Assembly: GCA_041623325.1 (NCBI GenBank)
Contig: JBFJXC010000031.1
Coordinates: 1 to 19,131 of the forward strand
Origin: Lentisphaeria bacterium
GTDB taxonomy: Bacteria > Verrucomicrobiota > Lentisphaeria > Oligosphaerales > JBFJXC01
Length of the DNA stretch: 19,131 nucleotides
Reading direction: 5' to 3'
Shown: positions 7,048 through 15,908 of the stretch, piece by piece
How the letters are laid out: the number at the start of each line of letters is the position of its first letter
Position numbering within the stretch: the first letter of the stretch is position 1
Translations under genes and position numbers: made by a program
The notes under the pieces: model-generated
The model's input: the letters and a program-made list of their open reading frames with translations, nothing else
The model's database searches: none
Told to the model about the DNA's origin: nothing

Positions 7048-7950
7048 TTAGAGGGCTTGGGGCCGCCCGGTAGTAAAGGTCTGGCGCAAGTGCTTGCCGA
7101 CCAGCAGCAGGTAGCCGACGAAGCTGAAGACGAACAGGGTGGCCATGTTCAGGTAGGGAAGGTGGAGGCTGCCATAGATCGCGGCGACGATCAACGGGGG
7201 AATGCTGGCGTAGAGGTAGAAAGTCAGCATGCGCGTGAAGCCGGCGGCCGCGAGAGGGCTGCGCAGGACAAAGGGTATGAGGGTGAAGAGCAGCACGTAC
7301 AACACGATCTTGAAGAACATTTCCAAGGCCCCTTGCAGGGCCAAGACCGGGGCGGCCTGCAACATCAGCCGCCGCGTCTCCTGACTAAACTCCTCTCCCC
7401 TCAGGGAAAAACCGTCTGGACGCATCTGGGCCAGCTCGAAACGGTCGAGAAGCTTGCCATCCTTGAGCAGAATGATGGGTCTGGGCGGTTTGCCTTCGAG
7501 GCGCTCCCAGAAGAAGACCTCGGATGGGGTCAGCCATAGTCCCTGCTGCTCGGGGCCGGCAAAGGGCTCGGCAGGAAACGAACTGCCCTCGGCAGCGAAA
7601 TCCACGCGCCAGCCGCGATGGCGGGTTGTGTAGGGCAGGGCCTGGGGGCGTTCCCAGTGCAACTTGCCTTGGCGCCATTCCACCCGGACCAGCTCCCGGC
7701 TCATCCAGCGGCCCCAGTCATCGGCCGCCTTCAGCAGGGTGGGCAGCCGGGCCAGACTGACCAGAGCCCCGCACAGAAGACACAGCAGGGTGACCCGGCG
7801 AAAGGCCCGCCGCCAGGAGTCCGCTTGCAGCACGACCAGGACGGCAGGGTGGAAAAAGAGCCCGTAGAGCAGGTGGTGAAAGGGCACCGCCGTGGAAATA
7901 GCCCGCGGCTTGCGTTGGCGGGGGTCGGGGATGGGAGGCGGGGTCGGCAT
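7048..7950 (-). CDS. Hypothetical multi-pass membrane protein, translationally coupled to def
   Basis: A 300-aa ORF whose ATG (CAT at 7948-7950) lies 7 nt after the def stop. It has several hydrophobic segments (LLYGLFFHPAVLVVL, LLCLLCGALVSLA, IVLYVLLFTLIPFVL, LYASIPPLIVAAIYG, LFVFSFVGYLLLV). I recognise no known family. Confidence 0.55.
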   Translation of the reverse strand: MPTPPPIPDPRQRKPRAISTAVPFHHLLYGLFFHPAVLVVLQADSWRRAFRRVTLLCLLCGALVSLARLPTLLKAADDWGRWMSRELVRVEWRQGKLHWERPQALPYTTRHRGWRVDFAAEGSSFPAEPFAGPEQQGLWLTPSEVFFWERLEGKPPRPIILLKDGKLLDRFELAQMRPDGFSLRGEEFSQETRRLMLQAAPVLALQGALEMFFKIVLYVLLFTLIPFVLRSPLAAAGFTRMLTFYLYASIPPLIVAAIYGSLHLPYLNMATLFVFSFVGYLLLVGKHLRQTFTTGRPQAL

Positions 7951-7957
7951 GTCGCGC

Positions 7958-8572
7958 TCAGCCCCGGTTTTTTCGGCTTTTGAGCGTCCGCCGTTCGATC
8001 GCCTCCAACTGGTCCAGCACCTCGGCCTTGTCGGCAGGGCTCAGATGGTCCACGAACAGCACCCCGTTCAGGTGGTCGATCTCGTGCTGCAGACAGCGGG
8101 CCAACAACCCTCCGCACGCGGTCTCAATCATCTGTCCGTTCAGCAACTGGGCGCGAAGCACAATCGAAACCGGTCGGATCACGTCGCCGTTAAGCTCAGG
8201 GATGCTCAGGCAGCCTTCGCAGAACGAACTGACCTGTTTGGATGCCGATACAATCTCCGGATTGACCAGGGCCAGAGGCATTTGCGGCGCCAGCAGGCGC
8301 TCCCCAGGCAGGGCTGTGGGGGACAACTCCTCGTCTTCGGTGTGGGTCATCAGGGTGATGAGCCGGATGTTGCGTCCGACCTGAGGGGCGGCCAGGCCGA
8401 TGCCATTGTTCTTGAACATCGCCTCGATCATCTGTTCGGCGAAATCGCGAATCTGGCCGGTTATCTGCCCGACCGGTTCGGAGGTTGTGCGCAACACCTC
8501 GGAGCCATAGTGCTCGATTGGCAGTACCCGGCGCTTTTTGAAAAAGGGGCTGTTCAAAAGACTCGTTTCCAT
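7958..8572 (-). CDS. def: Peptide deformylase
   Basis: All three PDF motifs are present: GIGLAAPQVG, EGCLSIP and HEIDHLNG. The start was chosen at METSLL (CAT at 8570-8572). An upstream in-frame ATG at 8662 lacks an RBS. A roughly 17-aa insertion sits between motifs 1 and 2. Confidence 0.8.
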   Translation of the reverse strand: METSLLNSPFFKKRRVLPIEHYGSEVLRTTSEPVGQITGQIRDFAEQMIEAMFKNNGIGLAAPQVGRNIRLITLMTHTEDEELSPTALPGERLLAPQMPLALVNPEIVSASKQVSSFCEGCLSIPELNGDVIRPVSIVLRAQLLNGQMIETACGGLLARCLQHEIDHLNGVLFVDHLSPADKAEVLDQLEAIERRTLKSRKNRG

Positions 8573-8774
8573 TGGATTGATGCTGGCGGCTTTTCCAGCT
8601 ACCACTTTAGCACGCGGCAAGCACAACTCAACCCGCGGCGGGCCTTCCAAGACACAGGCCATCGGCGGGTCGTTCTCTAGCCTGACCGGCGTTTTGGGCG
8701 GATCCGACAGGCCGAAATCGCGAAAAGACGGGCTATCTTGGGGTTCACCCCCCCCCAATAGTCAGGACGGCAGA

Positions 8775-9587
8775 ATGTTTGAAGCCCATCGCATTTTTGA
8801 TTCGCATGTGCACATCTTCCCCGACCAGGTCGCCGCCGGCGCGGTCGGCCATCTGGCCGAGATGACCCGCTTGGAACCCGTCTACGACGGCACCCGCCAG
8901 GGTTTGCTGGCCCACATGCGGCAGGCCGGGGTGGAAGGGGCACTGAATTGCCCCATCGCCACCAAGCCCGAGCAGGTGGAGTCCATCAACCGCTGGGCCG
9001 CCGCCCAGAACCAGTGGCCGGTTTTGTCGCTGGGATCGGTCCATCCGGATCATCCGGACCCCCGCCGGGTCCTCAACCAACTGCGCACACTTGGCCTGAG
9101 GGGGGTCAAGATGCATCCCGAATACCAGCAGTTCAGGCTGGACGACCCGGCGGCGTGCCGTGTGTGGGCCATTTGTCAGGAGCTGGACCTATTGGTGCTG
9201 TTGCATGCCGGTGCCGACATCGGCTTTGCCCAACCTTTCCATTCCGACCCGGCGGCGGTGCGGGCCATGGCCCAGGCCTATCCCCGTCTGAGGATCGTGG
9301 CCGCCCATTTCGGTGGTTGGGGTATGTGGGATCAGGTCCAATCCCACTTGATCGGAACCCGGGTGCTGCTGGATTTGTCGTTCACCCTCGGCATCCTGGA
9401 CGATGCCACCCTGGTGGCGGCGGCAAGACGACACGGCACCGACCGCGTCCTGTTCGGCTCCGATGCCCCCTGGCGCGACCAGGCCGCCTATGTCAGGTAC
9501 TTTCTGGCCCTGGATTTCGCGCCCGAGGAGCAGCGCCGCATCCTCTGGGGAAACGCCGCCAGCCTGCTGGGTTTCAGTGGTTCCTAA
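8775..9587 (+). CDS. Amidohydrolase-2 family (TIM-barrel metal-dependent hydrolase)
   Basis: ATG at 8775. The N-terminus MFEAHRIFDSHVHIFPD has the metal-binding HxH. Later come HAGAD, AAHFGGWG and VLFGSDAPW. The 270-aa length fits PF04909-type proteins. The upstream in-frame extension from 8538 overlaps def and was rejected. Confidence 0.7.
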   Translation: MFEAHRIFDSHVHIFPDQVAAGAVGHLAEMTRLEPVYDGTRQGLLAHMRQAGVEGALNCPIATKPEQVESINRWAAAQNQWPVLSLGSVHPDHPDPRRVLNQLRTLGLRGVKMHPEYQQFRLDDPAACRVWAICQELDLLVLLHAGADIGFAQPFHSDPAAVRAMAQAYPRLRIVAAHFGGWGMWDQVQSHLIGTRVLLDLSFTLGILDDATLVAAARRHGTDRVLFGSDAPWRDQAAYVRYFLALDFAPEEQRRILWGNAASLLGFSGS

Positions 9588-9614
9588 GCGGCCGAGACCC
9601 GGCTGAGGCGACCG

Positions 9615-11303
9615 TCAGCGCGGCGCGCCGATTCCAGCCGGTTGGTGGATTCGCTCCATCAGCCGCCTCTTGCGTTCCAGCCAGATACCGGCCAAGAACA
9701 AGAAAAAGCCGGTGGCGACCAGAGCGCAGGCTTTGGCAAAGAGGTCGCCGTGGCGGGTGTACCAGGTCAGGCCGGGGGAGGGGTAGACGGGCACGCTGTA
9801 CTGGCGGAAACCGCGGACGAAGCGGTTGCCCGAGGCGTTGTCGTACAGCAGTCCGGAGACTCTGCCGTCGGGAAGGATCAGACAGGTGTCGCTGTTGTTG
9901 CCGGCCCGTAGCAGAGGCCTGGCGTTTTCAGCGGCGCGGAAGACCGCGTGGACCATGTGCTGACGGGAGCCCGAACTCTCGGCGTACCAGGCATCGTTGG
10001 TCAGGGTGACCAGCAGATTGGCCCCGGCCAGAACGAAGCGTCGGCTGATGGTCGGGAAAACATCCTCGAAACAGATGTTGATGCCGGCCTGGGCGCCCTT
10101 CCCCGTCCGGAAAATGGTGAATTCGCTTCCTGGGGTAAGGCTGCGGCCCATGCCGATCCAGCGGGTCAGCCAGGGCCAGAAGCGTTCCAGGGGTGTGTAT
10201 TCGCCGAAGGGGACGAGATGAGTCTTGTTGTAGGAGTCCAGGAGCCTGGCCTGGGCATCGAAGAGCATGGCTGAGTTGAAGGCCAGGAAATCGGGTTCGG
10301 CCCCGGCCGTTTCCGGCGGCAGGGTCTGGTAGTCCAGTGAGCCGAGCAGAACGGGAGTGCGGATGGTTTGCATCATGCCATGGAAGGCTGTGGCATACTC
10401 CTGGTTGTAGAGAATGGCGGCGGGAACGGCGGTTTCGGGCCAGACGATCAGGTCCGGCTTGGTTGCCGCGGCGATCCGGGAAAGGGCCGTGTAGACCTTC
10501 AACGAGTGGGTGAGCTGCTCGGGCGTCCACTGCCTGATCTGGGGAATGTTGCCCTGCATCGAGGCAACCTGCAGCGTGCCGCTGGGCTTGCCGAGTTGCG
10601 GACTGCTGTGCACCCCGACGACCGCCCCGGCAACTAACGCGGCCACGACCGGAGCCGACCAGGGCAGTCGTCGGCCGCCCTGCCCTCGGAAGCGGCCGAT
10701 TGTGCGCCGAGCCAAATGCCAGATCGCGATATTGACCGCCACGATCAAGAAACTGATGCCGTAGACTCCGGTGACCGTGGTCAGGCGCAGCAAGCCCAGC
10801 CGCTGCCACTGGCTGATTCCCAGCTGGTTCCAGGGCAGTCCGGTGAAGATCCAGGAGCGAACCCATTCCAGCGCCACCCAGACCGCAGGCAAGAGCAGCG
10901 CCTGCAGGATGTCGGCGCCGGCCGCGGAGTGGTCGGGGTTCGGGGATGAGTCGGTGGCCCGCGGCTGCCGCCGTGCCGTCGCCGCCCAGTACCAGACCGC
11001 AGGAAAGCAGGCGCAGACCGCCCCCATCAGGGGACCTAGCCCGATTCCGACCTGGTTGAGCCAGTTGAAGGTGGTGCCGAAATGGGCGAACCCGAAGATC
11101 CATCCCAAACCCAAGCGCCTGGCCGGGGTGGCGGGCACGGGCGCCAGCAGCAGGGGGAGCAGGGCCACCCAGGCCAGGTCGTCCATCTCCAGGGGCGGAA
11201 AAGCGGCGCTGAGCAGCAGGCCGGACAGCACGGCCGCGCCGAAACGCAGCCAGAGGCGGCGTGCACTCAGATACGCTTTCAGGTTGGGTTCCGCTTCAAC
11301 CAT
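9615..11303 (-). CDS. lnt: Apolipoprotein N-acyltransferase
   Basis: A 562-aa product with an N-terminal polytopic membrane domain and a C-terminal nitrilase-like domain. The catalytic E (VWPETA), K (YNKTHLVPFGEYTP) and C (INICFEDVF) are all present. The ATG lies 7 nt after the folD stop. Confidence 0.85.
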   Translation of the reverse strand: MVEAEPNLKAYLSARRLWLRFGAAVLSGLLLSAAFPPLEMDDLAWVALLPLLLAPVPATPARRLGLGWIFGFAHFGTTFNWLNQVGIGLGPLMGAVCACFPAVWYWAATARRQPRATDSSPNPDHSAAGADILQALLLPAVWVALEWVRSWIFTGLPWNQLGISQWQRLGLLRLTTVTGVYGISFLIVAVNIAIWHLARRTIGRFRGQGGRRLPWSAPVVAALVAGAVVGVHSSPQLGKPSGTLQVASMQGNIPQIRQWTPEQLTHSLKVYTALSRIAAATKPDLIVWPETAVPAAILYNQEYATAFHGMMQTIRTPVLLGSLDYQTLPPETAGAEPDFLAFNSAMLFDAQARLLDSYNKTHLVPFGEYTPLERFWPWLTRWIGMGRSLTPGSEFTIFRTGKGAQAGINICFEDVFPTISRRFVLAGANLLVTLTNDAWYAESSGSRQHMVHAVFRAAENARPLLRAGNNSDTCLILPDGRVSGLLYDNASGNRFVRGFRQYSVPVYPSPGLTWYTRHGDLFAKACALVATGFFLFLAGIWLERKRRLMERIHQPAGIGAPR

Positions 11304-11310
11304 TCACCAG

Positions 11311-12210
11311 TCACGATTCACCATCCGCCAGCCCATGGGCGCGCCTGGCGGATTCGACGGTGTTGTACAGGAGCATGGTGATGGTCATGGGGCCGACGCC
11401 GCCGGGCACGGGGGTGATTATGCTGGCTTTCTGCTTGACGGAATCGAAGTCCACGTCTCCCACCAGGCGGTAGCCGTTCTTGCGGCTGGCGTCCTCGACC
11501 CGGTTGACGCCCACGTCGATGACCACGGCCCCCTCCTTGACCATGTCGGCGGTCACGGTGCCCGGCCGGCCGGCGGCGGCGATGACGATGTCGGCCTGAC
11601 GTGTGAACTGGCCAATATCCGGAGTGCGGGTGTGGCAGACCGTCACCGTGGCATTGCCCAGTTCGCTTTTCTGCATCAGCAGGTTGGCCAGCGGCTTGCC
11701 GACGATATTGCTGCGGCCCACGACTACGGCGTGGGCGCCGGCGACTTTGGCCCCGCTGCGTTTGAGCATCTGCAAGACCCCGTGGGGGGTGCAGGGCAGG
11801 AAGGCATCCTGTCCGGTGACCATGCGGCCGACGTTCATGGGGTGGAAACCGTCCACGTCCTTATCGGGGTCGATGGCCAGCAGGACGGCATCCTCATCGA
11901 TCTGGGGGGGTAGGGGCAGCTGTACGAGAATGCCATTGATTTTGGGGTCGCGGTTCATCTGGTCGATGAGGGCCAGGAGCTGCTCCTGGGTGGTGTCGGC
12001 GCTCAGGCGGTTGTCGTCGGAATAGATGCCGATCTCGTCGCAGGCGCGCTCTTTGGCGGTGACGTAGGACTTGGAGGCAGGGTCGTCCCCGACCAAGATC
12101 ACCCCGAGTCCGGGGGTGATCCCTTTAGCCTTCAAACCGGCCACGGCCGTTTTGAGTTCGGCCCGGATATCGGCCGCGATCTGCTTGCCGTCGATAATGC
12201 TGGCTGACAT
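11311..12210 (-). CDS. folD: Bifunctional methylenetetrahydrofolate dehydrogenase / methenyl-THF cyclohydrolase
   Basis: Start chosen at MSASIIDGKQIA (CAT at 12208-12210) with the RBS AAGGAAA. Motifs: PGLGVILVGDDPASKSYV, GILVQLPLP, VVGRSNIVGKP and PVPGGVGPMT. Confidence 0.9.
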   Translation of the reverse strand: MSASIIDGKQIAADIRAELKTAVAGLKAKGITPGLGVILVGDDPASKSYVTAKERACDEIGIYSDDNRLSADTTQEQLLALIDQMNRDPKINGILVQLPLPPQIDEDAVLLAIDPDKDVDGFHPMNVGRMVTGQDAFLPCTPHGVLQMLKRSGAKVAGAHAVVVGRSNIVGKPLANLLMQKSELGNATVTVCHTRTPDIGQFTRQADIVIAAAGRPGTVTADMVKEGAVVIDVGVNRVEDASRKNGYRLVGDVDFDSVKQKASIITPVPGGVGPMTITMLLYNTVESARRAHGLADGES

Positions 12211-12300
12211 GGTTCGGATTTCCTTTGGTTTCGTCAAGTTTAGAAAGGAGGTCAGGCCTCCACTGGCCTTGTTCCGGCGGCGGCGCTGTGTTGGGAACCC

Positions 12301-14067
12301 TTAAAACAAACCGGTGACCTTGCCGGTGTCCAGGTCCACGTCGATCCGTCGGAAAGCGGGATCCGAACCGGTGCCCGGCAGCAAGTTGATGCCGCCGGCC
12401 ACCGGCACGACCAAGTCGGCCCCGTAATAGACCAGCACCTCGTCGATTGGCAAGGTCCAGCCGGTCGGTCGGCCCTTGAGGGCGGGGTCGTGCGAGAGGC
12501 TCAGTTGCGTCTTGGCCATGCAAACGCCCATGTGGGCGGTTTTGGGATCTTGTTCGAGTTCGGCCAGGCGTTGTCCGGCCCGGTCGGAATAGCTGATTCC
12601 GTCGGCCCCGTAGATCTCGACGGCGATGGCCTCCAGACGCTGGCGCAGAGGAGCTTGCGGATCGTACAGGGGTTTGAATTGGCTGGGCTCTTCGCAAGCC
12701 TCGGCCACGGCTTCGGCCAGCTCCAACGCCCCGTCGCCGCCCTGGGCCCAGTGGTTGGACACGGCCACTCGGGCCCCCGCGGCGCTGGCCAGGCGGCGTA
12801 CCAGGGCGATCTCCCCTTCAGTGTCGGTGTGAAAGCGGTTGAGGCAGACCAACGGGCGGATGCCGCTTTTGGCAACGATATCGATATGGGCCAGGAGGTT
12901 CTGGAAGCCCTTTTCCAGCAACTCCAGGTGCTCCTGGGTGTAGGCGCGGTCCAGTGGCAGCCCCGGCTTCACGATGGGGCCGCCGCCATGCATTTTCAGC
13001 GAGCGGATGGTGGCCACGATCACCACGCAGTCCGGGTGTAGTCCCGAGTGTCGGCACTTGAGGTTCCAGAATTTCTCGTAGCCCATGTCCGCCCCGAAGC
13101 CGCTCTCGGTCACGTGATAATCCGCCAGGCGGGTGCCCAGTTTGTCGGCAATGACCGAACTCTGCCCCAGGGCGATGTTGGCAAAGGGGCCGGCGTGCAC
13201 GAAGACCGGCTGGCCCTCCAGCGTCTGGATGAGGGTGGGGTTTAGAGACTCCACCAGCCAGGCCGTCATGGCGCCATCGACCTCCAGGTCCGCCGTGGTG
13301 ACTGGCCGGCCTGATTTGCTGTAGGCCACCGCGATGCGGCCGATGCGGCGGCGCAGGTCCGGCAGGTCGTTGGCCATGGCCAGGATCGTCATCAGCTCGC
13401 TGGAGACCGAAATCTGGAAGCCTGAAGGCATCTCCAATCCGTCCATCTTGCCGCCCCGGCCGATGGTGATGTGGCGCAAGGCCTGGGCGCAGAAGTCGAT
13501 GGCCCATTTCATCTGGACACGCGCGGGGTCGATGTCTAGGCGCTTGAGGCTGCGGGCGGCCAAAGCGTCGTCGTCGTAGTTGTGTTCGTGCTGCATGCGT
13601 GCGGTCAAGGCGACCATGGCCAGATTGTGGGCATTGGTGATGGCGTCGATATCGCCGGTCAGACGAATGGAAAAGGGGGCCAGGGGAATGCACTGGGCCA
13701 GTCCGCCGCCGGCGGCGGAGCCCTTGATGTTGAAGGTGGGCCCGCAGCTGGGCTGGCGAATGGCCCCGGTCACGGACTTGCCCAGCTTGGCCAGAGCTTG
13801 AATCAGGCCGATGGTGACGGTGGTCTTGCCTTCTCCGAGGGGGGTGGAGGTGATGGCGGTCACATCGATGTAGCGTCCTTGGGGGCGCTGCCCGAGGCGC
13901 TGCCAGACCTTGCGGTGGTCCACCCGGCCCAGAGAGCGTCCCATGGGGATCAGCTCCTCGTCCCGCAGGCCCAGCTCGGCCCCGAGTTGGCCGAAGGGCT
14001 TCATCCAGGCTTCGGCGGCCGCGGCGATTTGCCAGTCCTTGAGTTGGGTCGGGTCCAGTTGCTTCAT
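12301..14067 (-). CDS. fhs: Formate--tetrahydrofolate ligase
   Basis: Start chosen at MKQLDP (CAT at 14065-14067). The product carries the FTHFS signatures TPLGEGKTT, PSCGPTFNIKGSAAGGG and FHTDTEGE. It is 588 aa. Confidence 0.9.
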   Translation of the reverse strand: MKQLDPTQLKDWQIAAAAEAWMKPFGQLGAELGLRDEELIPMGRSLGRVDHRKVWQRLGQRPQGRYIDVTAITSTPLGEGKTTVTIGLIQALAKLGKSVTGAIRQPSCGPTFNIKGSAAGGGLAQCIPLAPFSIRLTGDIDAITNAHNLAMVALTARMQHEHNYDDDALAARSLKRLDIDPARVQMKWAIDFCAQALRHITIGRGGKMDGLEMPSGFQISVSSELMTILAMANDLPDLRRRIGRIAVAYSKSGRPVTTADLEVDGAMTAWLVESLNPTLIQTLEGQPVFVHAGPFANIALGQSSVIADKLGTRLADYHVTESGFGADMGYEKFWNLKCRHSGLHPDCVVIVATIRSLKMHGGGPIVKPGLPLDRAYTQEHLELLEKGFQNLLAHIDIVAKSGIRPLVCLNRFHTDTEGEIALVRRLASAAGARVAVSNHWAQGGDGALELAEAVAEACEEPSQFKPLYDPQAPLRQRLEAIAVEIYGADGISYSDRAGQRLAELEQDPKTAHMGVCMAKTQLSLSHDPALKGRPTGWTLPIDEVLVYYGADLVVPVAGGINLLPGTGSDPAFRRIDVDLDTGKVTGLF

Positions 14068-14329
14068 GGATGGGCCAGGCGCTCGCTGCGAAACTCCAAA
14101 TACCGGCCATCGTCGATGGCGCGGGCGGGAATGCCCAAACATACATCAAGTCGGATCAGACTCCAAGCCCAGGCGTCCGGATCAGGCCCGATCCGCCGAG
14201 GCCGCAAGGGACCCCAAAACCCTGCACGGGCAAGCGGCCGCGAGCATGCTATATTAGGCGCCTGATTTTCAGAAAACGAAGCCGGGATTCTCCCGCGGAT
14301 TTGGATCGAATCGGAAGGATGCAGGATAG

Positions 14330-15211
14330 ATGGACCAGAAACGTTTTGAATTAAATGCCCAGTTGGCCCAGATGCTCAAGGGCGGGGTGATCATGGATGT
14401 GACCAACGTGGAGCAGGCCAAGATCGCGGAGGAGGCCGGCGCGGTGGCGGTGATGGCGCTGGAGCGGGTGCCGGCGGACATCCGCAAGGACGGCGGCGTG
14501 GCCCGCATGTCCGATCCCGAGATGGTCGCCGAGATCAAAGCCTCGGTCTCCATCCCGGTCATGGCCAAGGCCCGCATCGGGCACTTCGTCGAGGCCCAGG
14601 TTCTGGAAGCGCTGAAGATCGACTACATCGACGAGAGCGAGGTGCTGACTCCGGCCGACGAGGAGTGCCACATCGACAAGAGCCAGTTCTCCATCCCCTT
14701 CGTCTGCGGGGCCCGCAATCTGGGCGAGGCCTGCCGCCGCATCGCCGAGGGCGCGGCCATGATCCGCACCAAGGGCGAGGCCGGCACCGGCGACGTGGTC
14801 GAGGCCGTCCGTCACATGCGCACCATGAACCGGGAGACCCGGATTCTGGTGAACATGCCGGTGGAGGAGGTGGTCCCCTTCTGCAAGGATAACGGCATCC
14901 CCTTCGAGCTGGCCATGAAGGTTCGCGAGCTGGGCCGCCTGCCCGTGGTCAACTTCGCCGCCGGCGGCATTGCCACCCCCGCCGACGCCGCTTTGATGAT
15001 GCAGCTGGGCTGCGACGGCGTCTTCGTGGGTTCCGGCATCTTCAAATCCGGCGATCCGGCCAAGCGCGCCCGCGCCATCGTCACCGCCGTGGCCTACTAC
15101 AACGACCCGGTCAAGATCATGGAAGTCTCCAAGGGGCTCGGCGAGCCCATGGTGGGCATCAACTGCTCCAGCCTGACCGGCGACGACAAACTGGCCGGCC
15201 GCGGCTGGTAG
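14330..15211 (+). CDS. pdxS: Pyridoxal 5'-phosphate synthase lyase subunit
   Basis: [46 protein letters not shown] and [29 protein letters not shown] together are highly diagnostic of PdxS/SNZ. Confidence 0.95.
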   Translation: MDQKRFELNAQLAQMLKGGVIMDVTNVEQAKIAEEAGAVAVMALERVPADIRKDGGVARMSDPEMVAEIKASVSIPVMAKARIGHFVEAQVLEALKIDYIDESEVLTPADEECHIDKSQFSIPFVCGARNLGEACRRIAEGAAMIRTKGEAGTGDVVEAVRHMRTMNRETRILVNMPVEEVVPFCKDNGIPFELAMKVRELGRLPVVNFAAGGIATPADAALMMQLGCDGVFVGSGIFKSGDPAKRARAIVTAVAYYNDPVKIMEVSKGLGEPMVGINCSSLTGDDKLAGRGW

Positions 15212-15229
15212 CGAGCGGACGGGGGCGCC

Positions 15230-15886
15230 ATGGCCGCATCATTGGGAATTCTGGATTTGCAGGGGGGGGTGCATGAGCACCTCGACCACCTGCACCGCCT
15301 TGGCGTCCCGACCGTCCGGGTCAAAAAGGCCGGCGATCTGGCCGGCCTGTGCGGCCTGATCATCCCCGGCGGGGAGAGCACCTGCCTGGCCCGTCTGCTC
15401 AAAATCTTCGATATGGAGCGCCCCATTCTCGAGGCTTTCCGCAACGGCATGAAGATTTGGGGCACTTGCGCGGGGGCCATTCTGGTGGCCACCGAAAATA
15501 TCGGGCAGGCGCCCCATTTGGGTCTGGTCGAGGTGGCCGTGCAGCGCAACGCCTTCGGCAGCCAGCTGGACAGCTTCCACTGCATGGCCACGATCCCGGA
15601 AGTCGCGCGGGAGCCCATTCCGCTGACCTTCATCCGCGCTCCTAAGATTGTCCGAGCCGGCCATGGCGTGAACGTGCTGCTGCGCATTGACGACTACATT
15701 GCCGCGGCCGAGAACGAGGAGGTTCTGGTGACCGTCTTCCACCCGGAGCTGACCCCCTCCCTGGCTTTCCACCGCTATTTCGCCCGCAAATGCGGCCTGC
15801 AGCCGGCAAAAGCAACCGAGACCAGCGCCTACGAACACGACTGGGACCGGGTTAGCTGGATGCGCCACGCCCGCATCGCCGGGTAA
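15230..15886 (+). CDS. pdxT: Pyridoxal 5'-phosphate synthase glutaminase subunit
   Basis: LGILDLQGGVHEH, LIIPGGESTC and GTCAGAILV (the catalytic Cys) are present. It begins 18 nt after pdxS. It has a C-terminal extension of about 30 aa relative to typical PdxT. Confidence 0.85.
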   Translation: MAASLGILDLQGGVHEHLDHLHRLGVPTVRVKKAGDLAGLCGLIIPGGESTCLARLLKIFDMERPILEAFRNGMKIWGTCAGAILVATENIGQAPHLGLVEVAVQRNAFGSQLDSFHCMATIPEVAREPIPLTFIRAPKIVRAGHGVNVLLRIDDYIAAAENEEVLVTVFHPELTPSLAFHRYFARKCGLQPAKATETSAYEHDWDRVSWMRHARIAG

Positions 15887-15908
15887 GTGCGCCACACTGG
15901 AGACGACC

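Noticed and set aside
8538-8774. A signal-peptide-like N-terminal extension (MKKGLFKRLVSIGLMLAAFPATTLA...) of the amidohydrolase ORF
   Set aside because: It overlaps the def coding region on the opposite strand and lacks an RBS. The conserved amidohydrolase domain begins at the ATG at 8775, which has an AGGA-like RBS.
9928-11913. Overlapping long ORFs (9928..11103 on the minus strand and 10771..11913 on the plus strand)
   Set aside because: They are alternative-frame and antisense shadows of lnt and folD. They have no recognisable motifs and Arg/Gly/Pro-rich composition.
12818-14149. A 443-aa minus-strand ORF in another frame of fhs
   Set aside because: It is out of frame with the clearly homologous FTHFS frame and Arg/Pro/Gly-rich.
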